DNA from: a virus
Taxonomy: Duplodnaviria > Heunggongvirae > Uroviricota > Caudoviricetes
Reading direction: 5' to 3' (one strand)
DNA length: 64,000 nucleotides
IMG/VR virus record: IMGVR_UViG_3300032046_004423
Span: 31,358 to 95,357 of that record
Both the position numbers and the translations under genes were made by a program. Shown here piece by piece: positions 1 to 10,101 of the stretch. The number at the start of each line of letters is the position of its first letter. The stretch's first letter is position 1. The notes beneath the pieces were generated by a model. It saw nothing but the letters and a program-made list of their open reading frames with translations, ran no database searches and was not told where the DNA came from.

Positions 1-823
1 CTTCAAGCCTCCAAAGGAAGAGGATATGCTGGGGCTACAAACCACAATCTTTTGCCGGACAAGGCATTCTGACGTCTATGGCGATAGGAGCCAAGTGTCG
101 AGGTTCCGGCCAGCAGCTGCCTACAAAGAGGTAGCTGAGTACTAAACTAAGTACGTGACCAGTTCCTAGGGATTAGCACTTAAGTAAGGAAGGTTACTGA
201 GGGCGTTTGGAAGAACGAAACCTATGACAGGTGAAGTAGTCGAGATTAAAAATCCTGCCCAAGTCATAGCGAAGGTGTGGGTAAAACGCTGTGAGCAAGC
301 TATGGGCTTGGCAGCTTGGCTGGCACTAGTCTAAGCCACAAGGAGAAACAGGTAAGTAACCTTCTCTAGCTAGATATTAGCACTTTCTAGGAGGAGGCCA
401 ACTTAATAGATGTCGAGGGTGAACGCTTGAGGAACAGGGCTATTTTGGCCCCTACTGACCTCAGGTCTTACAGCCCGGTCTAGATTACGGGGTAGGTATA
501 GTCTGGCGCTGTGTGGGACGAGTGCACCCAGGCAGTGCCTGGAATTAAAACGTCCCTATTCTGGTAAACTTACCAGACGGGTGACAAGCTCAGTGAGTGA
601 CCCCATAAGGTTGGATAGGACCGCCGGAAGACAGCTTGTTGATAGTATTACCAAAGGATAGGCGTAAGGTATGGAATACAGCCATAGCTGACCTCCTCCT
701 AAAAAGTACTAATTAGACTTATCAGCTCTCTCATAGCAATAAGAGAGTTTCGGGTAAATAATATATGAAGGCTCCAGTAAACTGTGGGGGAGCTGGTAGG
801 GTAGTTAAAAAGGACAAAGTAAA
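1..823. other. ORF-free, GC-enriched leader region; candidate structured RNA. It contains a long-range pairing motif (388-400 with 689-701).
   Basis: No ORF of 60 aa or more on either strand in 823 nt, in an otherwise gene-dense genome. GC is visibly higher than in coding parts. taggaggaggcca at 388-400 is complementary (12 of 13) to tgacctcctccta at 689-701. Confidence 0.3.
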
Positions 824-1093
824 ATGGCAAAAGCAATAGTTAAGGACATACAGGTAGGAGGTGGTATCTGCGTAATTAGTTTGGAGGAGGCCTGTAAGGA
901 ATTTATTAGAATGGTTTCTAGGAGTTCTGATTCTGGCTATCGTGCAAAGATAAACTTCACCATAAAGCTCCCAAGTGGAACTATAAAAGCTATAACCATT
1001 CGAGATGAGGATGGCGAAACCGTAGCTTACGGTGACTTTGAGGGATTGCCTTCAATGCTAGATTATGCAAAAGAGGTTCTTAGGGAGCGATAA
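824..1093 (+). CDS. hypothetical protein (89 aa)
   Basis: ORF with an AG-rich RBS upstream. No recognisable motif. Confidence 0.45.
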   Translation: MAKAIVKDIQVGGGICVISLEEACKEFIRMVSRSSDSGYRAKINFTIKLPSGTIKAITIRDEDGETVAYGDFEGLPSMLDYAKEVLRER

Positions 1094-1627
1094 ATGGTTA
1101 TCATAGGAAAAATAGAACAGGAGATTTGTTACAATACCAGAAGGGTTGGCCAATTAGAAGACCCAAGGATAACTTATTTAGATAATGTATGCCCAAGGTT
1201 TGAAATGCGGAAAGAGCTAACTACCCCTAAGAGACCGGGTAGCCCAGCATTTTTACCAGTATGTGGTAACTGTAGATGGTATAGTGTTCAGGGTTAGTCA
1301 AAAAGGAGGTAAAGATGAAAATTAAAGACAAGGCATTAAGGGTAGTTGAGGCATTAGTTAGTGATGACTTTATGGAGAATATGGAGATGCAACAGTTGAA
1401 TCCACCTGTTGTTGTCAGCCAAGAGGATACTCTTCTAATGTTTAAAAAGCTTAGTATGATTTACAGGATAACTCACTCAGTACAAGAAGATAGTTGCTGT
1501 TATAGTGTGCATGATGATTGGCGAAAGGAACTAGAAACTGTATATAAGAGGTTTAAGAAAGAGAGAATCATTTAGGAGGTAAGGATGAAATTTAAGTTAG
1601 GAAAAAAGGAGTAGTAAGTTAGCAACT

Positions 1628-1739
1628 CTTAGGAGGAGGCCAGCCTTATGGTAGGAAGTGCTTAACCAAGTTTACCTCCTTGGATAATAGAGCTGTTGCA
1701 AGCAGAGTCTTTTATAGTTTAGGCTGGCCTCCTCCTAAG
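1628..1739 (+). promoter_or_regulatory. Long hairpin (18-bp perfect stem, 76-nt loop) whose 3' arm overlaps the SD of the downstream ORF.
   Basis: cttaggaggaggccagcc (1628-1645) is a perfect inverted repeat of ggctggcctcctcctaag (1722-1739). The SD aagagg and ATG 1750 follow immediately. Confidence 0.45.
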
Positions 1740-1749
1740 AGGTACTAAC

Positions 1750-1953
1750 ATGAGGAAGAATGAAGTTCTTTGGCTTGAGGTATTTTGTTGGCTATGTGGC
1801 GAGGAGGATAAACTACCTTTTTCCTTTGACCACTCTTATCCTAAGAACATGGGAAGAGGTACTTGTCCTGCTTGTGGGGCAATTATTTGGATTGAGACCC
1901 GTGATATTATAGAAACCAAGGACAGACGTGAAAGAAGGGGGATACCAAGGTAG
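1750..1953 (+). CDS. small zinc-ribbon protein
   Basis: Two CxxC pairs (CWLCG and CPACG) in 67 aa. Confidence 0.4.
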   Translation: MRKNEVLWLEVFCWLCGEEDKLPFSFDHSYPKNMGRGTCPACGAIIWIETRDIIETKDRRERRGIPR

Positions 1954-1967
1954 AAGTACTAACTAAG

Positions 1968-2324
1968 ATGATGAAAGTTATAATGCCATACATTGGTGGG
2001 GTTCTCTCAGTTAATAGCTACAAGGTAAGAGGGATAGGTGGTGTTGCTACTAATAAAACCAAAAGGGTAGTTGAGCTTTGGATGAATGAGCTTACTGAGA
2101 AAGTTAGGGGATTTGAGCATAATGGTAATCTGACTGTAAGTCTCTTCGGTAAGTTCATTGATGATAGGGCTCCCGACTTAGACAACCTAGCAAAAGTTAT
2201 ACTTGATTCTATAAAGGTTGGGGTTGGATTAGACGATAAGAATATTAAGTTTGTTGCTTTAGGATATGATACTGGGTATAGTAAACCGGTTTTGGAGATA
2301 ACTTTAACAACTGAAGCTGTATAG
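1968..2324 (+). CDS. rusA: RusA-like Holliday junction resolvase
   Basis: 118 aa. DDRAPDLDNLAKVILDSIKVGVGLDDKNIKFV matches the RusA catalytic D..DN..K..DD signature. Confidence 0.6.
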   Translation: MMKVIMPYIGGVLSVNSYKVRGIGGVATNKTKRVVELWMNELTEKVRGFEHNGNLTVSLFGKFIDDRAPDLDNLAKVILDSIKVGVGLDDKNIKFVALGYDTGYSKPVLEITLTTEAV

Positions 2325-2332
2325 GAGATTAT

Positions 2333-2755
2333 ATGATAAAAGGAAGACTACCAGTTAGTATATCTCATTTGAAGGGTATAGTACTGGTTGCTTGCTTCTT
2401 AGTAACTATCTGCTTTATCTACTTCCTGGTAGTGCCCGACGTACAGCATGCTGATAGCACTTATAGTGGACAGGAAGTTTTTCTTACACAGCAATCCTAT
2501 GATACTTTTAAGTCAGATATTAAAGCTAGGGTCTATGAAGACAACTTGACCTTGGGGTCTTTTAATGTTCTTGCCTCCGAACCTCCTATTATAGTTAGTT
2601 TTGGGATTACGACACCATATAACTATGAATTTCCTTATGGTAAGTCAAGAACCCACGATATGGATGTATTTCTTATTACTATCCTGTCCCTTGGGATCTT
2701 TCTTATCTCTGTGGGCTTACCTTCTGTACTTATGTTTGGTGGGGATGAAGAGTAG
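2333..2755 (+). CDS. membrane protein (N-terminal TM, hydrophobic C-terminal TM)
   Basis: Hydrophobic segments at the N and C termini. No catalytic motif. Confidence 0.4.
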   Translation: MIKGRLPVSISHLKGIVLVACFLVTICFIYFLVVPDVQHADSTYSGQEVFLTQQSYDTFKSDIKARVYEDNLTLGSFNVLASEPPIIVSFGITTPYNYEFPYGKSRTHDMDVFLITILSLGIFLISVGLPSVLMFGGDEE

Positions 2756-3524
2756 GCAGTAAATGATAGCAGCGAGAGACAGTAAGGGCAACTACATAGT
2801 ACCAGCAAGCGTAGTTGAAGACTTCAAGTTTTGGAAGAAAATAGCAAAGTATGCTCTTGATACAGAGGCGTCCATAGAGTATAGCTATGCCAGAACTTGG
2901 GGCGAAGAAGGTGAAATAGCTCTTGAAAAGGTTGCTAAGGAATTATTTGGCTTGGATATTGATTTCAATAAGATGAGTAGTAAAGATTAGAGTTGGAAAT
3001 TTAAAGGGAGGTAGATAGTAGAGGTATTGAAGAAGGAAAAAATTTTTGTTGGTAGAAAGGGTAGTTATAAAATACTTGAACATCTACCAGACGGTATGCT
3101 ACTAGTTAAATACATCAGTGGAGAGTGGAACGGTAAGGAAGTTCAAATGAGTCAAGCTCTTCACGAGCGGATACAGTTTAAAATTAAAGTCTCAAATAGA
3201 ACCGGTGAGGAAATAAGAGAAAGAAAGCAAAGTAGAAAAAAAGTAAAGGAGGTTGTAGGAAACTTGCATTATGACTACATCACTATTACTAAAGAAAAAG
3301 CTGATAGAATTAGACCTATACTTAGATGGATTAGGGATGGAGCACCTGGGCAGAAGGAGAGAAAGCTAGCTGCTAGATTGCTAGAGGAAATTGGGAATGT
3401 AAAAGAGTCTGGCTGGAAGCAGCTCATAGTTACAAAAGGGGAGGCTAACTTACTAGACTTCGTTCTTACAGAATACCCAGAGGGCGTGGAAGTAGGAAAG
3501 CAGTTAAAACTTATATAGGAGGGA

Positions 3525-4286
3525 TTGATGGTAGTATCAATAGTAGCTGGGGCAGCAGCAGTAGCGATGGCTGAAGACAAGAATGAGGCAGTTGGGGAGG
3601 AAGTTAGGGAAGTCAGGAAGTCTGTAGTTCTACTATCTGGTGGTATAGACTCAACTGTTACTGCCTATCTAGCTAGAAGAGATACTGGCAAAAAAGGCAA
3701 GCTATATGCTGTATCTCTCGACTATGGACAGGCTCATAAAAAAGAGTTACTTTGTGCTAGTGATATAGGTGAGTTACTCGAGGTTGAAGGCCATCCCCTA
3801 TTCAAGATTCTTGGTATGGGATTACTAGGTAGTAGTCTAGTAGGCAAGGGAGAGATACCAACCGAGGAAACTAGGGGTATTCCTTCAACCTGGGTACCAC
3901 AAAGGAATAGTATCTTTTTAGCATTTGCATTTGCTTATGCGGAGACAATCGGTGCAGATAGAGTATATGTGGGAGTAAATAGTAGGGACTACAGTGGTTA
4001 TCCCGACTGTAGGCCTGAGTTTATCGAGGCTATGAACAAAGCTTTAAACCTAGCTAGTAAAAGGTATGTTGAGTCAGGTAAAGGTATAGGTATTATAGCC
4101 CCCCTACAGTATCTGAGCAAAACTGACATTATCAAGAAGGGTATTGAGTTAAAAGTTAACTTCTCAAAAACCTGGTCTTGCTATAGGGGTAGAGAATTAG
4201 CTTGCGGTAAGTGTCCTTCCTGCCTTATCAGGCTTGAGGCTTTTAGGAAGCTAGGAATGAGGGATCCTATAAGTTACGAACTATAG
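3525..4286 (+). CDS. queC: 7-cyano-7-deazaguanine synthase QueC
   Basis: PP-loop SGGIDS, VSLDYGQAHKKE, DYSGYPDCRPEF, TWSCY and the C-terminal zinc motif CGKCPSCLIR all align with E. coli QueC. Confidence 0.9.
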   Translation: MMVVSIVAGAAAVAMAEDKNEAVGEEVREVRKSVVLLSGGIDSTVTAYLARRDTGKKGKLYAVSLDYGQAHKKELLCASDIGELLEVEGHPLFKILGMGLLGSSLVGKGEIPTEETRGIPSTWVPQRNSIFLAFAFAYAETIGADRVYVGVNSRDYSGYPDCRPEFIEAMNKALNLASKRYVESGKGIGIIAPLQYLSKTDIIKKGIELKVNFSKTWSCYRGRELACGKCPSCLIRLEAFRKLGMRDPISYEL

Positions 4287-4461
4287 GAGGGAGTAGTGGA
4301 AGCAAAGGACACAGTAATGACAGATAAACAACTACAAAAAGTTCCAATAGATAATTACCGTAGTTTACATGACCAAAGAGAAGTAGCCAAAGCTCAGGCT
4401 GAAATCTCTTTCCCAGCTGGGGGAACAGACAGAAAAGGAACGTTGGATTAGGTTCTTCAAA

Positions 4462-4719
4462 ATGATGGGAGTGGAGATTGAACAACCCCAACAATTAAAA
4501 CGCATAATCCCTTGTCTAAAAGAAGGTTGTAAACAGGTGGGGATAAAGGAAGTGGTGGAGTTCATAAATCATTACCCCAATGAGGGTGGTGCAAAACTTA
4601 TAGATAAAAGAATAGTAGGAATATTCAAACCATTAATTCTTAGAGAAGAGTGGCAAGCCCAACTCAAAATCTGGTTTAGAAGTAACCCCAGTATACTAAA
4701 GGAACTTGGAATAACATAG
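4462..4719 (+). CDS. small protein, paralog of the next ORF (shared C-terminal WQAQLK.WF..P..LKE.GIT domain)
   Basis: C-termini EEWQAQLKIWFRSNPSILKELGIT and KCWQAQLKVWFKDSPELLKEWGIT. Confidence 0.4.
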   Translation: MMGVEIEQPQQLKRIIPCLKEGCKQVGIKEVVEFINHYPNEGGAKLIDKRIVGIFKPLILREEWQAQLKIWFRSNPSILKELGIT

Positions 4720-4734
4720 GATTGAAAGGAAGCA

Positions 4735-5085
4735 ATGGAAGATAAAGACACAATATCCAAGATTAGGCGTAAGTATTCTCAATTAGAAGGCAGGGAAGAG
4801 GCTCATTATGAGGAAATACTAGATGAAATTTTCAAGGCAGGGTATGAGAAAGCCTTGACTCATCTTGATGTGCTTAACGATGGCAAGAAGATAGGGAGGA
4901 TGGAAGTAGTGAAATGGAGCAATGAACCTTGCATATTACACGGAAATGCAGATGCACGAATACGGGAAGGCAAGGTGCTTCGTCAAGGTAATTGTTATAA
5001 ATGTTGGCAAGCCCAGTTAAAAGTCTGGTTCAAAGATAGTCCCGAATTGCTCAAGGAATGGGGAATAACAGATGAACAATTATAG
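4735..5085 (+). CDS. small protein, paralog of 4462..4719
   Basis: Same conserved C-terminal motif. Tandem duplication. Confidence 0.4.
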   Translation: MEDKDTISKIRRKYSQLEGREEAHYEEILDEIFKAGYEKALTHLDVLNDGKKIGRMEVVKWSNEPCILHGNADARIREGKVLRQGNCYKCWQAQLKVWFKDSPELLKEWGITDEQL

Positions 5086-6010
5086 TAGTGCAAAGAGAGC
5101 ATGTAGGAGAAGTAATGAATACAGGAAAACCAATTATAGAAATACTACAGTATGAAAAAGAGAAAAAAGCTAGGGAGGATAGGAGGGTTAAAGAGAAGTG
5201 GTGTAAGAGTGTTTACCCAAGAGACGATGGGTTTGTATGCCTAAAAAGTCCTATTCGTGATATTTATAGTGAACCATGTACTACTGCTGACTTTGAAAAC
5301 TGTCCTCTCAGGAGTCGTCTATGAAGTTACTTAACTATACTATTACTTTCCTAACTATAGTTGCATTTATTTTCGCTATTCTAGGAAAGTTATTTGGTGG
5401 CTTTAAATTTGATAAGAGGAGAAAGAGGATGATATCTGAGCTTTACATTGCTAATCCAAAACTGTGTGATTTTAGTGCCCCAAAGGATGTTTATAACTTT
5501 AGGGTACCCACGTCTACGCCCGACTTATCAAAGTTGAGAGAACCCGCTAGGGTAGATTTAAATAAAGCAATTGAGTTATTTATTCCCCCAGTGCAAGGAC
5601 TTAGTGTCCAAAGTAGGAGCAAGGAAATGGAACGAATGCCAAGCTCAAAGGAGTCATCTGCTAGTCGCTCAGATGTGGAGGAAGAATCCCAGGGGGACCG
5701 TATAGAGGGAGAGCGGAGTGTCGCAGCTGATAGCAGTAGTACATCACAGCCTGCAGCCTCTATTCCAAAACCTAACTGGGAGTTAGCTAGGAAGTTATTT
5801 GTAGTAGGTTGGAAGGGGGGAAAGTAAATATGTTGGGACTATTGTTAGTAACTTACTTTATCCTATCTACTATCCTAGCCTATGGTTGGCTTGGCTGGGA
5901 TATACCATTTTGTTGTTTTGGGTTTGCTATAGTTCCGTTAGCAGTCCTACTACTAGTTATCAACAAGATATTCCATAAGAGAGTCATAATTGATGGAATA
6001 GAGATAAGCT

Positions 6011-6580
6011 ATGAATAGTGATAATTTATCCAACTACTGTTCCGGACTAGTAGCTGAACTTATGGCACTCTATCCTAGCTGGGATGGAGCAAAGCAGCTT
6101 AAAGGTACTCAAAACAGACTAGTTAGAATGTATAGTGACTTTTGCTGGACTCAGGAAAGAATTGAGGAAGAATTAAGTAGGCAGTTTAAGGTATTTGATA
6201 ATGGTTATGACGAGATGTTGGTAGTAAAAGACATTTGTGTTTGGACTCTATGTCCTCATCACTTACTACCTTGCCATCTTAAGGTTTTTATAGGATATAT
6301 CCCTGCTGGTAAAGTACTAGGTTTAAGTAAGTTTGCTAGGATTGCTGAAATACTATCTAAGAGGCCTACTATGCAAGAAGCTTACAGTACTGAGCTTGCT
6401 GATTTACTAATGGAAAAATTACAGCCTAGAGGTGTTGCAGTATATGTAGTAGGACAGCATGGTTGTATGACTGCTAGAGGAGTAAAACAGCACAGTGACG
6501 TAGTAACTTCAGTCATGAGAGGTAACTTCCTCAAAGAAGGACCTACCAGGGAAGAATTTTTTGCGGTATGTAGGAGCTGA
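6011..6580 (+). CDS. folE: GTP cyclohydrolase I (FolE)
   Basis: LCPHHLLP (CEHH-type motif), YIPAGKVLGLSKFARI and GQHGCMTARG align with FolE. Confidence 0.85.
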   Translation: MNSDNLSNYCSGLVAELMALYPSWDGAKQLKGTQNRLVRMYSDFCWTQERIEEELSRQFKVFDNGYDEMLVVKDICVWTLCPHHLLPCHLKVFIGYIPAGKVLGLSKFARIAEILSKRPTMQEAYSTELADLLMEKLQPRGVAVYVVGQHGCMTARGVKQHSDVVTSVMRGNFLKEGPTREEFFAVCRS

Positions 6581-6681
6581 GTAAAGATGGAAGCACAAGA
6601 TAAGTTGATTAGGTTAGTATCTGAGTACCCAACGAGTTCTTCTTGGACAGAGCTGGGGAAAACATATAGTAGGGAGAAAAG

Positions 6682-7419
6682 ATGATATTAGCACTTGAGT
6701 GCCCAACTGAACTAGTAGATGAGATACAGCCTCTTGCAGACTTTGACTTTATTCTAGCACACGTTGTACTAAGGAGAGGTAGTTATGCTAGTTACTGTGA
6801 GAAGCCAGGAAGGATGAAGATTTTGGATAATAGTTGCAATGAACTACTCCATCCCTGCACCTTTAAAGAACTCAAGGAAGCTGCTGATATGGTAAAGCCT
6901 GATTATATAGTAGCTCCTGACTATTTGGGAGACTACTTTTCAACAGAGAGGGCTTTAGATGAAGCTATCACTATATTTGATAAGGAAAAAATCTTCCCGG
7001 TCATTCAGGGGCATGAGTTAAAGTATGCACTAGAATGTGCTGACTATATAGCTAGTAAAGGATTTGAAAAGATAGCTGTTCCTTATGATATTACTTCCTC
7101 TAGGGGTAGTAGTCTAGAATCTATGGCAAGTAAGAGGGTTAGAGTCGTTAGAGAGTTATTGCCCCGCTTCGAGTGGGTACACCTACTTGGAATGACTACT
7201 CTTGAGGAGTTAGAAAGCTATAAGAATAAAAAACAGGTAAAGTCAATAGATACAGGAAGTCCTATTTTGCACGGAATAAATGGAATTAGATTTGGTAGGG
7301 ATGAGTTACTTAATAAAAGTATACCTACCTGGAATTTGATGGAAGTTGCGCCTAGAATTAATCTAGCAGATATCTACTATAACATAGGGTATTTAAGGAA
7401 GATACTAAATGCTGACTAA
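6682..7419 (+). CDS. dpdA: minimal TGT-fold DNA transglycosylase (DpdA-like), candidate 7-deazaguanine inserter
   Basis: KILDNS (cf. TGT FTDSGGFQ), IVAPDY (the D156 region), FPVIQG (TGT GIVQGG), HLLGMTT (LMGVG) and KSIDTGSP (the FDCVMPTR Asp) appear in TGT order. 245 aa with no Zn subdomain. Confidence 0.5.
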   Translation: MILALECPTELVDEIQPLADFDFILAHVVLRRGSYASYCEKPGRMKILDNSCNELLHPCTFKELKEAADMVKPDYIVAPDYLGDYFSTERALDEAITIFDKEKIFPVIQGHELKYALECADYIASKGFEKIAVPYDITSSRGSSLESMASKRVRVVRELLPRFEWVHLLGMTTLEELESYKNKKQVKSIDTGSPILHGINGIRFGRDELLNKSIPTWNLMEVAPRINLADIYYNIGYLRKILNAD

Positions 7420-7710
7420 AATGGCTTTTATGCCAATGCTTAAACAGTTCCTACTCGACCACGGTGAGGTTTATACAGTAAGAAGATTTAAGATGGCTGA
7501 GAAGGATGTAGAAGTAAAGGATGTAGGACTATGCCATAGAACTCCTATTATGAGTATAACTAGCAAAGAGCAGTTAGAATCATACATTGGGCTAAGTGGT
7601 TTTTCTACTGTTCAAGCTTGGTGGTCAAAGATTTTATATTTTATACCCAGTAAGGAAGATCCGAAGTACTTATACCATGTAGTGAGAAAAGAAGAAGGCA
7701 AGGAGATAGG

Positions 7711-7953
7711 ATGAGATCAGCAAAGAAGTTTCTACATAACTTACTGCGAAGATTGCCTATTTTTGCAGTGCTTACTATCATTGGTGTTATGTTACTTCGA
7801 ATAGGTAACTCTCCACAAGCAACTAGCATAACTCCAGTAGTACTAATTACGCTAGGAATACTAATTGCAGTAGGAATAATAATTCTAGTTTCCTGTATTC
7901 CAGGGGTAGAAGCAGGAGGCGAGGAGGAGTCAAAGCATGAACCAGTTAAGTAA
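7711..7953 (+). CDS. 2-TM membrane protein, tandem paralog A
   Basis: LL.R.P...L.....L..GNSP... followed by LLSC.P, shared with the next ORF. Confidence 0.4.
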   Translation: MRSAKKFLHNLLRRLPIFAVLTIIGVMLLRIGNSPQATSITPVVLITLGILIAVGIIILVSCIPGVEAGGEEESKHEPVK

Positions 7954-8266
7954 GCACGTAAGCATAAAGCAGTTTCTAATTAACTTGCTACATAAATCAC
8001 CTCTACTCATAGCACTTATAGTCCTTAGTTTTGCCTTAATTAAAATGGGTAATTCCCCAGAAGGACAGGCAAGTGCCTGGATTGCTAGCATAACCGATGT
8101 ACTTCCAATAGTATCATTTGTAGGAGTAATGATACTCTTACTTTCTTGCGTACCAGAAATGACAGTGGATGATAAGGAAGACGAAGAGCCTAGTAGGGGG
8201 CTTTATTATCGGATTGGCTCTGATGGTCTTAGGGATTTGGGAGTGAGTAAAATTGAAGCTAGATAG
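7937..8266 (+). CDS. 2-TM membrane protein, tandem paralog B
   Basis: Same architecture and motifs as 7711..7953. Confidence 0.4.
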   Translation: MNQLSKHVSIKQFLINLLHKSPLLIALIVLSFALIKMGNSPEGQASAWIASITDVLPIVSFVGVMILLLSCVPEMTVDDKEDEEPSRGLYYRIGSDGLRDLGVSKIEAR

Positions 8267-9191
8267 TGAACAGCAGGAAGTTGCTGACTACGACAATTCT
8301 TGTATAGTCGTAGCAGGGCCTGGTAGTGGAAAAACTAGGACATTGGTTGCTAAAGCTGAGAAGTTGTGGAATGAGGATAGGGATATTATATGCTTAACTT
8401 TTACTAGGGCAGCTGCAAGTGAAATGAGAGAAAGGATGCCCGGTATTAAAGCACAGACAATTCATTCTTACTGCCATGAGAATGTTGGGTGGGTAGGCAA
8501 CTATGATAAGATGATTTATGCCTTCCTAGATAAGCAAAATAAGATTAAGTATGAGTGGGTTCTACTTGATGAGTGCCAAGACTTAACCGACGAGGAGTTG
8601 GAAGTTGTCTTGTCAATTATGGGAGGTAAGATATTTGCAGTCGGGGACCCTTACCAGAGTATATATGGCTGGAACGGGGCACTTGGTTTGGGTGTATTTG
8701 AGGTATTGAAGGACTACAAAGTATTTAACCTAAGGAATAACTATAGAAGTCTACCAAAGGTAGTAAAGTGGTTAAATTCAGTATATAGTAGAGATTTAGT
8801 TAGCTCTGGTCTAGTTGAGAACGGTTTAACTGCAATCTTATGTAGGACAAATCGTGCTGTTTGGGAAGTAAGTCAAATCCTCGAGGAGAATAGTATCGGT
8901 TTTACGGTTAGGATTGGAGCAAGTGAGCTCAGTCCAACTAGAGAGGAGGACCATGGTAATGATAAGTTAAAAGTTATGACTTGCCATTGTAGTAAAGGTC
9001 TTGAGTTTGATAGTGTTTTACTATATAACTGGTTACCTCGCAACTTATATTGGTCTTGGTGTGCTAAGGATGATGAGGAGATACATTTATATTATACTGC
9101 TGTTGCTAGGGCGAGCAAAAATTTTTGTGAGGTTTGGTCACCTAGTAGTTTACTAAAAGCGTTGGGAGGTTTAAAAAATGGGATTGGTTGA
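8253..9191 (+). CDS. minimal UvrD/PcrA-like SF1 helicase (312 aa, lacking the 1B/2B inserts)
   Basis: Motif I AGPGSGKT, Ia TFTRAAASEMRER, II LLDECQD, III GDPYQSIYGWNGA, IV NYRS, V TCHCSKGLEFDSV, VI YYTAVARAS. Confidence 0.8.
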   Translation: MKLDSEQQEVADYDNSCIVVAGPGSGKTRTLVAKAEKLWNEDRDIICLTFTRAAASEMRERMPGIKAQTIHSYCHENVGWVGNYDKMIYAFLDKQNKIKYEWVLLDECQDLTDEELEVVLSIMGGKIFAVGDPYQSIYGWNGALGLGVFEVLKDYKVFNLRNNYRSLPKVVKWLNSVYSRDLVSSGLVENGLTAILCRTNRAVWEVSQILEENSIGFTVRIGASELSPTREEDHGNDKLKVMTCHCSKGLEFDSVLLYNWLPRNLYWSWCAKDDEEIHLYYTAVARASKNFCEVWSPSSLLKALGGLKNGIG

Positions 9192-9615
9192 CCTAGATAA
9201 AGAACTAGTTGATAAGATCAAGGGTTTGAAGTTGGAATTTAAAGATGAACCTCAACCTGAGTTGCTAATTAGATTACCCAATAGGGATAAGGATGTTGGG
9301 TACGAACTGGAAGTTAAGACTAGTGAGTTTACTTCTTTATGCCCCCTAAACTTAACTCAGCCTGATTACGCTACCCTAATTATTCGCTATAAACCAAAAG
9401 ATTGGATAGTTGAGTTAAAAAGTCTGAAGTTTTATCTCGTATCTTTTAGACAGGTACCTGTCTTTCATGAACAGGTTCCAGCTACAATACTTAAAGCTTT
9501 AGTAGACTTACTAGGCCCTAGAGAATTGATAGTAGCTGGACTATTTGCTGTTCGTGGTGGCCTAGCAACTACTATTAGTGCAGTATTTAAAGAGGAGGTT
9601 GAGGAAGGTGATTAG
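9178..9615 (+). CDS. queF: NADPH-dependent 7-cyano-7-deazaguanine reductase QueF (preQ0 to preQ1)
   Basis: EFTSLCPLNLTQPDYATL (catalytic Cys), the QueF motif ELKSLKFYL, and HEQ...GLFAVRGG align with B. subtilis QueF. Confidence 0.85.
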   Translation: MGLVDLDKELVDKIKGLKLEFKDEPQPELLIRLPNRDKDVGYELEVKTSEFTSLCPLNLTQPDYATLIIRYKPKDWIVELKSLKFYLVSFRQVPVFHEQVPATILKALVDLLGPRELIVAGLFAVRGGLATTISAVFKEEVEEGD

Positions 9616-9870
9616 GCACGAACCAGAGATAATCTTTGAGTTACTATTACCTACTAAAGCAGTAGAAGGAGACCCTAATGAAGAAAAAACTGAAAAAGTC
9701 TTCAGAAAGACTACATTACAGCCAGGTAGGTACCAAGTAGTAGAAGATTTGAAGATGTCTACTGATATAGTCCTAAAACCGGTTAATAGTAAGTCCAGTA
9801 TATGTTATTGGGTAAGTAAAATGGATTTGGTCAATAATAGTTTAAAGTTTAAAAAAGGAGGATAAAGACA

Positions 9871-10101
9871 ATGGGAGACGAATTACTTGATGAGTTGATG
9901 GAGGAAGCTATGAAGGAGGATTCTATTACTTGTCCTGAGTGTGGGGAGATACTAGAACCAGATGTGGATAAGTGTTTTGCCTGTGGCTGGGACAATCCAC
10001 TGGTTAGTATGTTTGATAAGGAGGAGGACAAGGGTAGCCCCGAGACCGAGGTCGATGATGATGATGATGATGATGATGATGATAAAGATAAGAAAGAATG
10101 A
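9871..10101 (+). CDS. zinc-ribbon protein with a poly-Asp tail
   Basis: CPECG...CFACG followed by D10 encoded by (GAT)10. Confidence 0.5.
   Translation: MGDELLDELMEEAMKEDSITCPECGEILEPDVDKCFACGWDNPLVSMFDKEEDKGSPETEVDDDDDDDDDDKDKKE
10054..10083. repeat. (GAT)10 trinucleotide microsatellite inside a CDS
   Basis: Perfect 10x GAT run. Confidence 0.95.

Noticed and set aside
300-700. RNase P RNA or tmRNA in the ORF-free leader
   Set aside because: The sequence agggtgaacgcttgag is reminiscent of the RNase P AGGGTGAAA box. However, the P4 GGAAAGTCCGG and ACAGAACCCGGCTTA blocks are absent, and no tag-peptide ORF plus tRNA-like 3' end is present.
3275-3580. Antisense ORFs inside or overlapping well-supported genes (for example 3275..3580-, 4267..4760-, 19407..19799-, 25217..25567-, 26186..26705-, 37543..38479-, 40933..41157+, 45162..45635+, 61653..62293+, 63268..63760)
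   Set aside because: They lie opposite strongly supported CDSs, have low-complexity composition and have no RBS. They are treated as spurious.
7409-7714. ASCH/PUA-like domain call for the 101-aa ORF
   Set aside because: Only vague resemblance (GEVYTVRRF). The GxKxxExR motif is not satisfied.
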